From NCBI GenBank assembly GCA_934432675.1, contig CAKRYT010000001.1:112874-176873 (forward strand): DNA of 64,000 bases, in the 5' to 3' direction. The notes beneath the pieces are model-generated. The model worked only from the letters and a program-made list of their open reading frames with translations. It did not search any database and was not told where the DNA came from. Shown piece after piece: positions 47,118-56,604 of the stretch. The position numbers and the translations under genes are program-made. Position 1 is the stretch's first letter, and every line of letters begins with the position of its first letter. This DNA is from an uncultured Eubacteriales bacterium (GTDB lineage: Bacteria; Bacillota; Clostridia; Oscillospirales; CAG-272).

Positions 47118-48167
47118 CTAGTCCTTGTGATCAAAAAAGGACGGTTGCGCGCCGGAGGAAAAGGGAATACCGAGGTGGTCGTACGCGAGTTTCGTTACAC
47201 ATCTGCCGCGCGGGGTGCGGGACAGAAATCCGAGCTGCATCAAATACGGCTCGTAGACATCTTCAATGGTCACTGCCTCTTCTCCGATCGTTGCGGCGAG
47301 GGTCTCCAAACCGACGGGACCTCCTCCGTAATATTTGATAATCGCCTCCATCATGCGGCGATCAACCGCATCGAGACCGATGGCATCAATATCGAGCATA
47401 CGCAGCCCGAGTTCGGCGATCTCGCCGGTAATGACACCGTCCCCTTTGACAATGGCAAAGTCACGGATGCGTTTGAGCAGCCGGTTGGCGATACGCGGCG
47501 TGCCGCGTGAGCGTCCTGCAATCTGCCGCATCCCCTCGTCGGTGATTTCGATTTCCAGCAGTTTGGCACTGCGACGGACGATGGTTGCCAGTTCTTCCGG
47601 TGTATAGATTTCCAATTTCAGTATCACGCCGAAACGGTCGCGTAGCGGTGTCGTCATCTGTCCCGCACGCGTCGTGGCACCGATCAGGGTAAAGGGTTTG
47701 AGGTCGAGTCGGATACTGCGGGCACTGGGGCCCTTACCGATGATAATATCGACGGCATAATCTTCCATGGCAGGGTAGAGCACTTCTTCTACCTGTCTCG
47801 AAAGACGGTGAATCTCGTCAATGAAGAGGATATCTCCCGCATTCATATTGGTGAGGAGTGCGACAAGATCCCCGACTTTTTCGATGGCGGGCCCCGACGT
47901 GATGCGAATCGGCTTGCCCATCTCGTTCGCGATGACACCGGCCAGAGTGGTTTTACCGAGACCTGGGGGGCCGTAGAGCAGGACGTGGTCGAGGGCGGTC
48001 CCCCGCATTTTGGCAGATTCGATGTAGACTTTCAGGTTCTCCTTAGCCTTGTCCTGACCGACATATTCATCGAGGGTTTTCGGGCGGAGGCTGATTTCCT
48101 GTCCGTCTTCGCTCGGATCATATTCATTGGACATGATCCTGTCTTCAAAATCAAACTCTGTTTCCAT
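47118..48167 (-). CDS. ruvB: Holliday junction branch migration helicase RuvB
   Basis: Motifs [23 protein letters not shown] and IDEIHRL. Confidence 0.97.
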   Translation of the reverse strand: METEFDFEDRIMSNEYDPSEDGQEISLRPKTLDEYVGQDKAKENLKVYIESAKMRGTALDHVLLYGPPGLGKTTLAGVIANEMGKPIRITSGPAIEKVGDLVALLTNMNAGDILFIDEIHRLSRQVEEVLYPAMEDYAVDIIIGKGPSARSIRLDLKPFTLIGATTRAGQMTTPLRDRFGVILKLEIYTPEELATIVRRSAKLLEIEITDEGMRQIAGRSRGTPRIANRLLKRIRDFAIVKGDGVITGEIAELGLRMLDIDAIGLDAVDRRMMEAIIKYYGGGPVGLETLAATIGEEAVTIEDVYEPYLMQLGFLSRTPRGRCVTKLAYDHLGIPFSSGAQPSFFDHKD

Positions 48168-48176
48168 CGTATCTCC

Positions 48177-48779
48177 TTACAGGAATTTACGGAGTGCCTG
48201 CGAAATGAGGTCGTTCAGGGAAAGTTTCTCGGCATCCAGACCGGAGAGCGCACTCATCGCGGAGGCGCGGTCGTATCCGAGCGTCATGAGTGCTTCTATC
48301 GCATCTCCGAGTTTGCCGCCCGTTGCAGGGGCGGCACTCGCAGCCGCCCCCGTTTGCGGGGCGCGGAGGGTCATACCGGCGATTTTGTCTTTGAGTTCAA
48401 GGACGATGCGGGCGGCGGTCTTTGCACCCACGTTCGGTGCCTTGGCGAGTGCCTTCGTATCCTCGGTGCAGACAGCGAGACGGAAACGGTCGGGGGTGAA
48501 GACGGACAGCACCGCCATTGCTGCCTTGGGTCCCACACCGGACACGCCGATGAGCAGTTTGAAACAATCAAGCTCGTCCTTGTCGCGGAAACCGAACAGT
48601 TCGACCCCGTCCTCGCGGACTTGCAGGTAGGTGTAGAGTTTGACGCGGGTACCGACTTTTGCGGATAATGTATCCGAAGTCGTGAGGCTGACCGTCAGAC
48701 TGTAACCGACGCCGCCGCAATCCACAACGGCGAGCCCCGGCTCACGCTCTGTCAGCGTCCCGTCAAGATAATAAAACAT
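48177..48779 (-). CDS. ruvA: Holliday junction DNA-binding protein RuvA
   Basis: Sequence MFYYLDGTL........VVDCGGVGY, with HhH motifs (GVSGVGPKAA, APNVGAKTAARI). The start is at the internal ATG 48779. Confidence 0.93.
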   Translation of the reverse strand: MFYYLDGTLTEREPGLAVVDCGGVGYSLTVSLTTSDTLSAKVGTRVKLYTYLQVREDGVELFGFRDKDELDCFKLLIGVSGVGPKAAMAVLSVFTPDRFRLAVCTEDTKALAKAPNVGAKTAARIVLELKDKIAGMTLRAPQTGAAASAAPATGGKLGDAIEALMTLGYDRASAMSALSGLDAEKLSLNDLISQALRKFL

Positions 48780-48881
48780 AATCGTCCACCTCGCATTTTC
48801 ATGGAAACAGTATAACATAAGTACGCATAAAAGTAAAGTCGGAACGACGATGCGGCACAAAAATGATGACGGCGGACGGGT

Positions 48882-48910
48882 TTGACAATTACGACGTAAT
48901 ATGCTATACT
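48882..48910 (+). promoter_or_regulatory. Sigma-A promoter for ruvC
   Basis: TTGACA, a 17-nt spacer, then TATACT, with an extended -10 TGc. Confidence 0.6.
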
Positions 48911-48941
48911 ATTCTGTAAATTTGTATCGGGAGGGCAGGTT

Positions 48942-49439
48942 ATGATCGTTCTCGGCATTGACCCGGGATACGCCATCGTCGGCTGGGGTGTTATCGAGGT
49001 GCGCGGTGCTACCTTCCGTCCCATTGCCTGCGGCGATATTTCCACTCCGGCAAAGACAAGCCTCTCGTCCCGACTGAAAACCATTTATGACGAAATGCGC
49101 CGTATCACGGAGAAGTACCATCCGGAGCAGATGGCGATTGAGGAGTTGTTTTTCAACACGAATATCACGACCGGCATAAAGGTGGCGGAGGCGCGCGGCG
49201 TCATCCTGCTCGCCGCCGCGGAGGCAGGCATACCGATCTTTGAATATACACCCTTGCAGGTCAAGCAGGCGGTCGTCGGATACGGTCTTGCCGAGAAAAA
49301 GCAGGTCATCGCCATGGTAACGAACCTTCTGCGGCTGAAAACCCCGCCAAAACCCGATGATACGGCAGATGCGCTGGCGATCGCGCTGTGCCATGGGCAG
49401 GCGGCAGGCTCCGGGATCGCCGCTTATTTTAATCAATAA
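48942..49439 (+). CDS. ruvC: Crossover junction endodeoxyribonuclease RuvC
   Basis: Motif GIDPGYAIVGWGV, an acidic catalytic residue in the IEELF segment, and the C-terminal DDTADALAIALCH. Confidence 0.95.
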   Translation: MIVLGIDPGYAIVGWGVIEVRGATFRPIACGDISTPAKTSLSSRLKTIYDEMRRITEKYHPEQMAIEELFFNTNITTGIKVAEARGVILLAAAEAGIPIFEYTPLQVKQAVVGYGLAEKKQVIAMVTNLLRLKTPPKPDDTADALAIALCHGQAAGSGIAAYFNQ

Positions 49440-49452
49440 CGAGTGTGAAATT

Positions 49453-50325
49453 ATGTGGATTTGTGAGAACTGGAAAGATTACGAGGTGCTGGACACTTCC
49501 TCCGGAGAAAAACTCGAACGGTGGGGACAATATACATTGATACGCCCCGACCCGCAGGTGATATGGAACTCGGAGAAGACACATCCGATGTGGCGAACGG
49601 CGGATGCCGCCTATCATCGCTCCCGCGCCGGCGGCGGCGCGTGGGGAGAAAACCATTTGCCGGAGAGTTGGGTCATACGGTATGGGGATCTGCGCTTTCG
49701 CGTGCGGCCGATGGGATTTAAGCATACCGGTCTGTTCCCGGAGCAGGCGGCGAACTGGGATTGGTTTTCCGAACTGATCCGTAAGGCGGGGAGACCGATC
49801 AAGGTGCTTAACCTGTTTGCGTATACCGGCGGTGCAACCGTGGCGGCGGCAAAGGCGGGGGCATCCGTCTGTCACGTGGATGCTGCCAAAGGTATGGTGG
49901 CTGCGGCAAAGGAAAACGCCGCGCTTTCCGGCCTTTCCGAGGCCCCGATCCGCTACATCGTCGATGACTGCCGCAAATTCGTCGAGCGCGAATTGCGTCG
50001 TGGCAACCGTTATGACGGAATCATTATGGATCCCCCTTCCTACGGACGCGGACCGACCGGGGAAGTGTGGAAGATCGAGGAGAATATCGATGCACTCGTG
50101 GATCTCGTCAGCGGCGTTTTCAGCGACTCTCCTCTTTTCTTTCTCTTGAATTCCTACACGACAGGGCTGAGTGCCTCTGCCATGAAATATATTACGAAAT
50201 TACGTATTGGTACACGTCTTGGTGGTGTGACCGAGGCAGACGAGCTCGGATTGCCCGTGGGGCATGACGGTTTCGCGTTGCCTTGCGGATCCAGCGTGCG
50301 CCATACGTTTGAAGGAACGCTATGA
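49453..50325 (+). CDS. Class I SAM-dependent (RlmI/YwbD-like) methyltransferase
   Basis: Motifs VLNLFAYTGGATVAAAKAGA and IIMDPPSYG (DPP motif). The start is at the internal ATG 49453. Confidence 0.8.
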   Translation: MWICENWKDYEVLDTSSGEKLERWGQYTLIRPDPQVIWNSEKTHPMWRTADAAYHRSRAGGGAWGENHLPESWVIRYGDLRFRVRPMGFKHTGLFPEQAANWDWFSELIRKAGRPIKVLNLFAYTGGATVAAAKAGASVCHVDAAKGMVAAAKENAALSGLSEAPIRYIVDDCRKFVERELRRGNRYDGIIMDPPSYGRGPTGEVWKIEENIDALVDLVSGVFSDSPLFFLLNSYTTGLSASAMKYITKLRIGTRLGGVTEADELGLPVGHDGFALPCGSSVRHTFEGTL

Positions 50326-51194
50326 CGGAAAAACTCATTGCGTGTGAGCATGTTTCGTTTGCTTACAACGCCGATACACCGAGCGATGCCATCCCCGCAG
50401 TCAAGGATGTCTCTTTTTCACTCGGGCGCGGCGAGTATGTCGCGGTACTCGGTCACAACGGATCCGGAAAGTCGACCCTTGCCAAACTCCTGAATATGAT
50501 TCTCACGCCGGTGTCCGGCAGGCTCTTCATCAACGGCGTGGATACGACGGCGGCCGATTTTTCGGAGGACGACCTTTTCGAGGTGCGCCGTCGCATCGGC
50601 ATGGTCTTTCAGAATCCGGACAACCAGTTGGTGGCGACCATCGTGGAAGAGGATGTTGCTTTCGGCCCCGAAAATCTCGGATTGCCACGCACGGAGATAC
50701 GTCGCCGTGTCGATGAGGCGCTCGCCGCCGTTGATATGACTGCGTATGCTCACCATGCGACGCATAAACTCTCCGGCGGGCAGAAGCAACGCGTGGCGAT
50801 TGCCGGAATGATCGCCATGAAACCGGATTGCATTGTTTTTGATGAATCGACGGCAATGCTTGATCCTCGCGGTCGCCGGGAAGTGCTGGATACGATGGAG
50901 CGGCTTCATCGTGGGGATGGGTTGACCGTCGTGCACATTACCCATTACATGGAGGAGGCGGCGCGTGCCGACCGCATCCTCGTCATGAATGACGGGGAAC
51001 TGGTCATGGATGGGACTCCGCGCGAGATTTTTACGCAAGTGGAAAAACTGCGCGGTTTCGGACTCGAAGTGCCGCAGACGGTAGAACTGCTGACGGAACT
51101 CAGGGCTGCCGGGGTCGATGTGCCCATTGACGCACTGACGGCAGAGGCCTGCATTGATGTCATCATGGCGCGCCTCGGGGAGGTGACACCGTGA
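50322..51194 (+). CDS. ecfA: Energy-coupling factor transporter ATPase (EcfA1)
   Basis: Motifs GHNGSGKST, LSGGQKQRVAIAG and the Walker B segment IVFDEST, with ecfA-ecfA-ecfT-truA synteny. Confidence 0.93.
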   Translation: MTEKLIACEHVSFAYNADTPSDAIPAVKDVSFSLGRGEYVAVLGHNGSGKSTLAKLLNMILTPVSGRLFINGVDTTAADFSEDDLFEVRRRIGMVFQNPDNQLVATIVEEDVAFGPENLGLPRTEIRRRVDEALAAVDMTAYAHHATHKLSGGQKQRVAIAGMIAMKPDCIVFDESTAMLDPRGRREVLDTMERLHRGDGLTVVHITHYMEEAARADRILVMNDGELVMDGTPREIFTQVEKLRGFGLEVPQTVELLTELRAAGVDVPIDALTAEACIDVIMARLGEVTP

Positions 51195-52054
51195 CGATTC
51201 TGGAAGTATCTCATGTAACGCATACCTACGGCAGGGGGACACCCTTCAAAACGGAGGCACTCCATGACGTCAGCGTCGGGTTTGAGCGGGGCCTTATCAC
51301 GGGGCTCATCGGTCATACCGGCAGTGGCAAATCCACACTCGTGCAGATGCTCAATGGCCTGATAAAGCCTGACGAGGGCGAGGTACGGCTGGACGGTGTA
51401 AACATTTGGGACAAACCGAAAGAGATCCGTTCGGTGCGTTTCCGCGTCGGACTCGTGATGCAATATCCGGAATATCAACTGTTTGATGAAACGGTGGAGC
51501 GGGACATCGGTTTTGCTCCGCGTAACCAGGGGCTGGATGAGGCCGCGGTACGCCTGCGTGTCGAAGAAGCGGCAAATTTCGTCGGACTCACCCGCGAGAT
51601 GCTCGCGAAGTCGCCGTTCGATCTTTCGGGCGGACAGAAACGCCGTGCCGCGATAGCGGGCATCCTTGCCATGCATCCGGACGTTCTGGTGCTCGACGAA
51701 CCTGCGGCAGGGTTGGACCCCCGCGGCAGGCGCGAGATCCTCGGCGGTCTGACCCGCTTTCGCGATGAGACGGGCACAACGGTCATCCTCGTTTCCCACA
51801 GCATGGAGGATATGGCGACTTACTGCGACCGTGTCGTGGTGATGAACTGTGGCGAGGTATTTGCCACGGGGACGACGGAAGAGGTGTTCTGCCGCGCGGA
51901 AGAACTTGCCGCTGTCGGTCTGGACATACCGCAGATCTCTCATGTGGCAGAGGGATTGATTGCGCGGGGCGTGCCGCTCGGAGGGAAACTCTATACGGTC
52001 GCCGGGGTGCGGGACGCACTCCTGCCGCTGCTCGGCGGGGAGGTGAAGCCGTGA
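51191..52054 (+). CDS. ecfA: Energy-coupling factor transporter ATPase (EcfA2)
   Basis: Motifs GHTGSGKST, LSGGQKRRAAIAG and LVLDEPAAGLD. Confidence 0.93.
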   Translation: MTILEVSHVTHTYGRGTPFKTEALHDVSVGFERGLITGLIGHTGSGKSTLVQMLNGLIKPDEGEVRLDGVNIWDKPKEIRSVRFRVGLVMQYPEYQLFDETVERDIGFAPRNQGLDEAAVRLRVEEAANFVGLTREMLAKSPFDLSGGQKRRAAIAGILAMHPDVLVLDEPAAGLDPRGRREILGGLTRFRDETGTTVILVSHSMEDMATYCDRVVVMNCGEVFATGTTEEVFCRAEELAAVGLDIPQISHVAEGLIARGVPLGGKLYTVAGVRDALLPLLGGEVKP

Positions 52055-52887
52055 AGACAGAGATGACTCTCGGTCAGTTTTTCCCGGGTCGATCGCTCCT
52101 GCATCGCATGGATCCGCGTGTCAAAATCCTGCTTGCGATCGCGTATATCGTCGCCATCTTCCTGTGCCGCTATGTGCTCACCTATGCGCTCATTCTTCTC
52201 TTTACCTGCTTTTTGATTGCGGTCAGCGGAATTCCGCTCCGCACCGTTCTTCGCAGTTTGCGCCCGATCGTCATCATTCTGTTGATTACCTCTTTAATCA
52301 ACATATTGATGACCGGTGGAGAGCAAATCGTTTTTGAATGGAAGTTTATTCATATCTATCGGGAGGGGCTGTGGCGCGCACTTTTCATGGCGGTGCGCGT
52401 TGTATTGCTCGTGATTTCGGCGAGTCTGCTCCTGACCTATACCACTTCTCCTATCGATCTGACGGACGCGATTGAATCGCTCCTGACGCCCCTTAAATGG
52501 GTACACGTACCCGTGCACGAATTCGCGATGATGATGTCCATCGCGTTGCGATTCATACCGACGCTCATTGAAGAGACGGAGCGCATTATGAACGCGCAGA
52601 AATCGCGAGGATCCGATTTGTCAACCGGGGGGCTTGTCAAGCGTGCGCGCGCATTGATCCCCATTATTGTGCCGCTCTTCATCTCCGCTTTCCAACGGGC
52701 ACTTGACCTCGCGACGGCGATGGAGTGCCGTTGCTACCGTGGCGGGAAGGGCAGGACGCGTCTCCGGGCGTATCATCTGCACGCCTGTGACTTTGTCATG
52801 CCGATCCTTTTTGCCGCGTTGATCGTCGGCATCTGTCTCGGAAACCGTTATCTGCCCGATCTGATTGGCTGGGGGTATATTTCTTGA
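52051..52887 (+). CDS. ecfT: Energy-coupling factor transporter transmembrane protein EcfT
   Basis: Polytopic membrane protein with the EcfT-type ARG motifs (..AQKSRG..). Confidence 0.9.
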   Translation: MKTEMTLGQFFPGRSLLHRMDPRVKILLAIAYIVAIFLCRYVLTYALILLFTCFLIAVSGIPLRTVLRSLRPIVIILLITSLINILMTGGEQIVFEWKFIHIYREGLWRALFMAVRVVLLVISASLLLTYTTSPIDLTDAIESLLTPLKWVHVPVHEFAMMMSIALRFIPTLIEETERIMNAQKSRGSDLSTGGLVKRARALIPIIVPLFISAFQRALDLATAMECRCYRGGKGRTRLRAYHLHACDFVMPILFAALIVGICLGNRYLPDLIGWGYIS

Positions 52888-53636
52888 AGTACTTTATGCA
52901 TCTTGCTTATCTCGGCACCGATTTCTGCGGGTCCCAGATACAGCCGAATGTGCGGACGGTGCAGGGCGTCCTGAACGATGCCTTCGCGGCACTTTTCGGG
53001 GTGATCTGTCGTGTCACCTCCTGTTCCCGTACAGATAGCGGCGTTCATGCGTGCGCCGCCGCACTGACGGTGGAACTGCCGGGAGGGACGCTCCCGATCC
53101 CGCCGGAAAAACTTGCACTGGCGGTGCAGTGCCATCTCCCCGCGGATGTCTCTGTGTTTGATGTGGATGTACGCCCGGACACATTCCATGTACGCCACGA
53201 TGTGGTCGGGAAGGAATATCTTTATCGAATTTGCAACCGCTCGGTACGCGATCCGTTTCTGACGGGCAGAGCATGGTTTTTCCCGCGCCATCTGGGCGAG
53301 GCGGCCATCGAGCGCATGAATCGCGCCGCCGCGTACCTTATCGGGAAACACGATTTTGCCGCATTCCAGGCGCAGGGATCGCCGGTGGCGACGACGGTGC
53401 GCTGCGTCACCCATTGCTCGGTACGACGTAAGGGAGACGAGATCCTGGTCACCGTGCGTGCCGACGGCTTTTTATACAATATGGTCCGTATTATTGTCGG
53501 TACGCTACTTGATGTCGGCATCGGGCGCACGGAGCCGGAAGGAATTCCCGTTATCCTACAAACCCGGGATCGGACGAAGGCGGGCATGACGGCACCGCCC
53601 GAGGGGCTTTACCTCCATCGCGTTTTTTACAATTAA
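52884..53636 (+). CDS. truA: tRNA pseudouridine(38-40) synthase TruA
   Basis: Motifs YLGTDFCGSQIQ and RTDSGVHA (catalytic Asp). The start is probably a TTG overlapping the ecfT stop, with an alternative ATG at 52896. Confidence 0.92.
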   Translation: MKYFMHLAYLGTDFCGSQIQPNVRTVQGVLNDAFAALFGVICRVTSCSRTDSGVHACAAALTVELPGGTLPIPPEKLALAVQCHLPADVSVFDVDVRPDTFHVRHDVVGKEYLYRICNRSVRDPFLTGRAWFFPRHLGEAAIERMNRAAAYLIGKHDFAAFQAQGSPVATTVRCVTHCSVRRKGDEILVTVRADGFLYNMVRIIVGTLLDVGIGRTEPEGIPVILQTRDRTKAGMTAPPEGLYLHRVFYN

Positions 53637-53723
53637 CCGTCAGGATTCACAACAATTACCGAAAAACTCTCTTTTGAAAAAACCGTTTCCGTTCGATACT
53701 AAAGATAGTATGAGCGGAGGCAG

Positions 53724-53747
53724 AGAGCCGCTTGCGCGGCTCTTTTT
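53724..53747 (+). terminator. Terminator after truA
   Basis: Stem agagccgc / gcggctct with loop ttgc, followed by ttttt. It ends 7 nt before the PBP ATG. Confidence 0.75.
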
Positions 53748-53753
53748 GATTTT

Positions 53754-56060
53754 ATGAAACGAAAAAAAGATGTGGGAGGTCACCGCGCAAAAAAAATCAT
53801 TTTGCGGGTGTTTCTTGTGTTGGCCATTCTCCTGCTGGCCGCAATCGTGACAGGGGCCGGTGTCGTTGCTTATGTGGCGATTACGCTGGACTCCGATGAG
53901 GATATGGCGGTGATGGAGGCAATGCGAGGCTCACGTACAACACGCATTTGGGCACCGAAGCGGGAGGGCGAAGGTGAGATTGATGCCGAGAATTATTCTC
54001 CGGTTGAGTATGATATTCTATACGGGGATGAAAACATGGTGTGGGCGGATAGCAGCGAGATCCCGGATCTTTTGAAAAATGCTTTTGTTGCCATAGAGGA
54101 CCAGCGGTTTTATCGTCATCGGGGGGTGGACTGGCGCAGGACGGGGAAGGCGGCACTCAATTACGTCTTTCGGTTCGAGCCGCAGTTCGGCGGGTCGACC
54201 ATAACCCAACAGCTCATCAAAAACGTGCATGGGGAAAAAGATATCAGTGCTATGCGAAAAGTTAAGGAGATCATCCGTGCGCGCCGCTTGGAAAAAGCAT
54301 ACAGTAAAGAGGAAATTCTGACGTATTATCTCAATATCGTGCCACTCGGGCACCAGTGTACCGGAGTAAAGTCGGCCGCGCGTTATTACTTCGGGAAAGC
54401 ACCGGAAGATCTGACGCCGATCGAGTGTGCCGCTCTCGCGGCCATTACCAATGCGCCTGCTTACTACGAGCCGCAGGGGCACCCCGATAATAACCAAAGG
54501 AGGCGGGACCTCGTTTTGGATGCGATGCGTCAAAACGGGTATCTGGACGAGGAAACCTATCGGATTGCCTACGCAACGGAACTGACGCTGAATGTCACGG
54601 ACCCCGTTTATACCAAACGCTCCCGCGGGTGGTATACCGAGACGGTGGCGGCAGATGTTATTGCCGATCTGCAACGGGAACGGGGGCTCACAAAATCTGC
54701 GGCAACGGCATTGGTTTACCGGGGAGGGCTCGACATCTATGCTCTGGTTGACCCCACCGTGCAGTCGACAATGGAAAGGTACTTCGGAGACGAAAGTCAC
54801 TTTGCCGTGGATGGGCAACGTGTGCAGGGGGGCATGGTCATTTGCAATCCCAAGACCGGCGATATTCTCGGCATTGTCGGCGGCGTCGGAGAAAAACGGG
54901 GCTCTCTTCTGTTTAACCGTGCGACAGACGGTTATTACCAGCCGGGTTCCGCGCTGAAACCCGTGGCGTTGTACGGTCCTGCCTTGGAGCGCAACCTGAT
55001 CACATACAGCACTGTTTTTGAGGATCTGCCGGGCGAGACCGAGAGTGGCGTGTGGCCCCATAACAGTCCCGGTGTCTATCAGGGGCGCATTACGGTGGCA
55101 GAGGCACTCGCCAGATCGAAAAACACGGTCGCCGTGCAATTATACGAGCTCCTCGGAAAAAAGGAAATATACCGTTATTTGCGCGACACGGTCGGTTTGA
55201 CGGGGCTCGTACGGGGAGAGAACGGAAAGACAGACCTCGGTGCGGCCCCGCTGGCACTGGGGCAGTTGACAAGAGGTGTGACGGTCCGGGAACTGACAGG
55301 TGCCTATACCGCGTTTGCCGGCGGCGGGGAACAGGCAGATACCCGCTCGTACGTTGCTGTTTTTGATACGCGTGGGGATCTGCTGCTCCGAAAGGATGTG
55401 CAGAAAAAGCGTGTGATGAGTGCGGAGACTGCCTATATTCTTTCGGAAATGCTTTCCGGCGTCGTCGATCACGGGACGGCACACCGCATCACACTGGACG
55501 AATTGGTTGCCACGGCAGGGAAGACGGGGACCTCCGGTATGGATAAGGACAAGTGGTTTGTCGGGTATACACCGTCCTATGTGGCGGGAATTCGCATCGG
55601 ATATGACGAGTCGTTGTCCTTGCCGGGCGGTACAAGCCTTCATCTCACCGCGTGGGATGAGATTCTACACGAACTGTATCGGCGGGAGGACGCACCCGGG
55701 GAGGATACGTCGTTTTCTGTACCGGAGGGGGTACGCCGCGCCGAATATTGCCTGGATAGCGGCTTGGTACCGACGGATGCCTGTCGCAGCGAATTGCGCG
55801 GCAGCCGTGTCGCGACGGGACTGTATAAGGTCGGATTCATGCCGACCGAGGAATGCGGGGTGCACACCGTCGCACATTACGATATTCTCACAGAGAAGTA
55901 CGGTCTCGGCGAGGGCAATCCGGATACAGCCCTGAACTTCTATGTGCTTTACTTGCCGCGGCGATCGGTCCCCGAGGGGATTACGCCACAGGATGCGGAA
56001 TATGAGTATAACCGGATCGTTAAGCAACACGAGGAAGAATCGGAGGAGACATCCGGGTAA
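53754..56060 (+). CDS. Penicillin-binding protein 1A family (bifunctional glycosyltransferase/transpeptidase)
   Basis: N-terminal TM, GT51 motif EDQRFYRHRGVD, and transpeptidase motifs SALKP (SxxK) and KTGTS. Confidence 0.93.
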   Translation: MKRKKDVGGHRAKKIILRVFLVLAILLLAAIVTGAGVVAYVAITLDSDEDMAVMEAMRGSRTTRIWAPKREGEGEIDAENYSPVEYDILYGDENMVWADSSEIPDLLKNAFVAIEDQRFYRHRGVDWRRTGKAALNYVFRFEPQFGGSTITQQLIKNVHGEKDISAMRKVKEIIRARRLEKAYSKEEILTYYLNIVPLGHQCTGVKSAARYYFGKAPEDLTPIECAALAAITNAPAYYEPQGHPDNNQRRRDLVLDAMRQNGYLDEETYRIAYATELTLNVTDPVYTKRSRGWYTETVAADVIADLQRERGLTKSAATALVYRGGLDIYALVDPTVQSTMERYFGDESHFAVDGQRVQGGMVICNPKTGDILGIVGGVGEKRGSLLFNRATDGYYQPGSALKPVALYGPALERNLITYSTVFEDLPGETESGVWPHNSPGVYQGRITVAEALARSKNTVAVQLYELLGKKEIYRYLRDTVGLTGLVRGENGKTDLGAAPLALGQLTRGVTVRELTGAYTAFAGGGEQADTRSYVAVFDTRGDLLLRKDVQKKRVMSAETAYILSEMLSGVVDHGTAHRITLDELVATAGKTGTSGMDKDKWFVGYTPSYVAGIRIGYDESLSLPGGTSLHLTAWDEILHELYRREDAPGEDTSFSVPEGVRRAEYCLDSGLVPTDACRSELRGSRVATGLYKVGFMPTEECGVHTVAHYDILTEKYGLGEGNPDTALNFYVLYLPRRSVPEGITPQDAEYEYNRIVKQHEEESEETSG

Positions 56061-56094
56061 TTGTAACAAAATCATGAAACAAACGCCCCGCCTC

Positions 56095-56123
56095 TTGACA
56101 GAGACGGGGCGATTCGATATAAT
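56095..56123 (+). promoter_or_regulatory. Perfect-consensus sigma-A promoter for the marR-ABC operon
   Basis: TTGACA, a 17-nt spacer, then TATAAT. Confidence 0.7.
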
Positions 56124-56124
56124 C

Positions 56125-56138
56125 GTTAGCGTGCTAAC
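56125..56138 (+). promoter_or_regulatory. Candidate MarR operator (inverted repeat at the transcription start)
   Basis: GTTAGC-gt-GCTAAC, a perfect 6-2-6 palindrome 2 nt downstream of the -10 box. Confidence 0.55.
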
Positions 56139-56153
56139 TAAAAGGAGGCCGTC

Positions 56154-56603
56154 ATGAAAGAACGATATGAGCGATTGCGGGAAACGATCGATCGCATGAT
56201 CGAGGCAGATCGTCTGCACCGCGCCGTCTGCGACAGAGAACTTGCGGAGATCGGATTGCACCGTGCACAACATAGAATGCTGATGCACCTGTATTTTTGC
56301 GGGGAGGTTGCTTCACAGAGGGAACTCGCGAGGGCACTCGCCATCACGCCTGCCGTAGTTACGGTAACGTTGCGGAAACTGGAAACGGCAGGGTATATCC
56401 GTCGCTTCTCGACGCCCGAAGACAACCGCCAGCTCGGCGTTGAACTGACCGATGCGGGTCGCTCGGTCGTGCAACGGACGAAGCGTATTCTTGACCGTGT
56501 GGATATGGCAATGTTTGAAGGATTTACGGACGGGGAACTGGATGCTGCGCGCGCATTCTATGCGCGCATAAAAGAAAATCTCGGGAAAATCGGGGGTAAC
56601 TGA
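56154..56603 (+). CDS. MarR family transcriptional regulator
   Basis: wHTH pattern (..SQRELARALAITPAVVTVTLRKLETAGYIRR....DNR), 149 aa. Confidence 0.9.
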   Translation: MKERYERLRETIDRMIEADRLHRAVCDRELAEIGLHRAQHRMLMHLYFCGEVASQRELARALAITPAVVTVTLRKLETAGYIRRFSTPEDNRQLGVELTDAGRSVVQRTKRILDRVDMAMFEGFTDGELDAARAFYARIKENLGKIGGN

Positions 56604-56604
56604 C

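Noticed and set aside
48780-48941. Divergent ruvA/ruvC spacer, considered as a possible LexA/SOS box site
   Set aside because: I found promoter-like hexamers for both directions, but no convincing Firmicute SOS box (CGAAC-N4-GTTCG).
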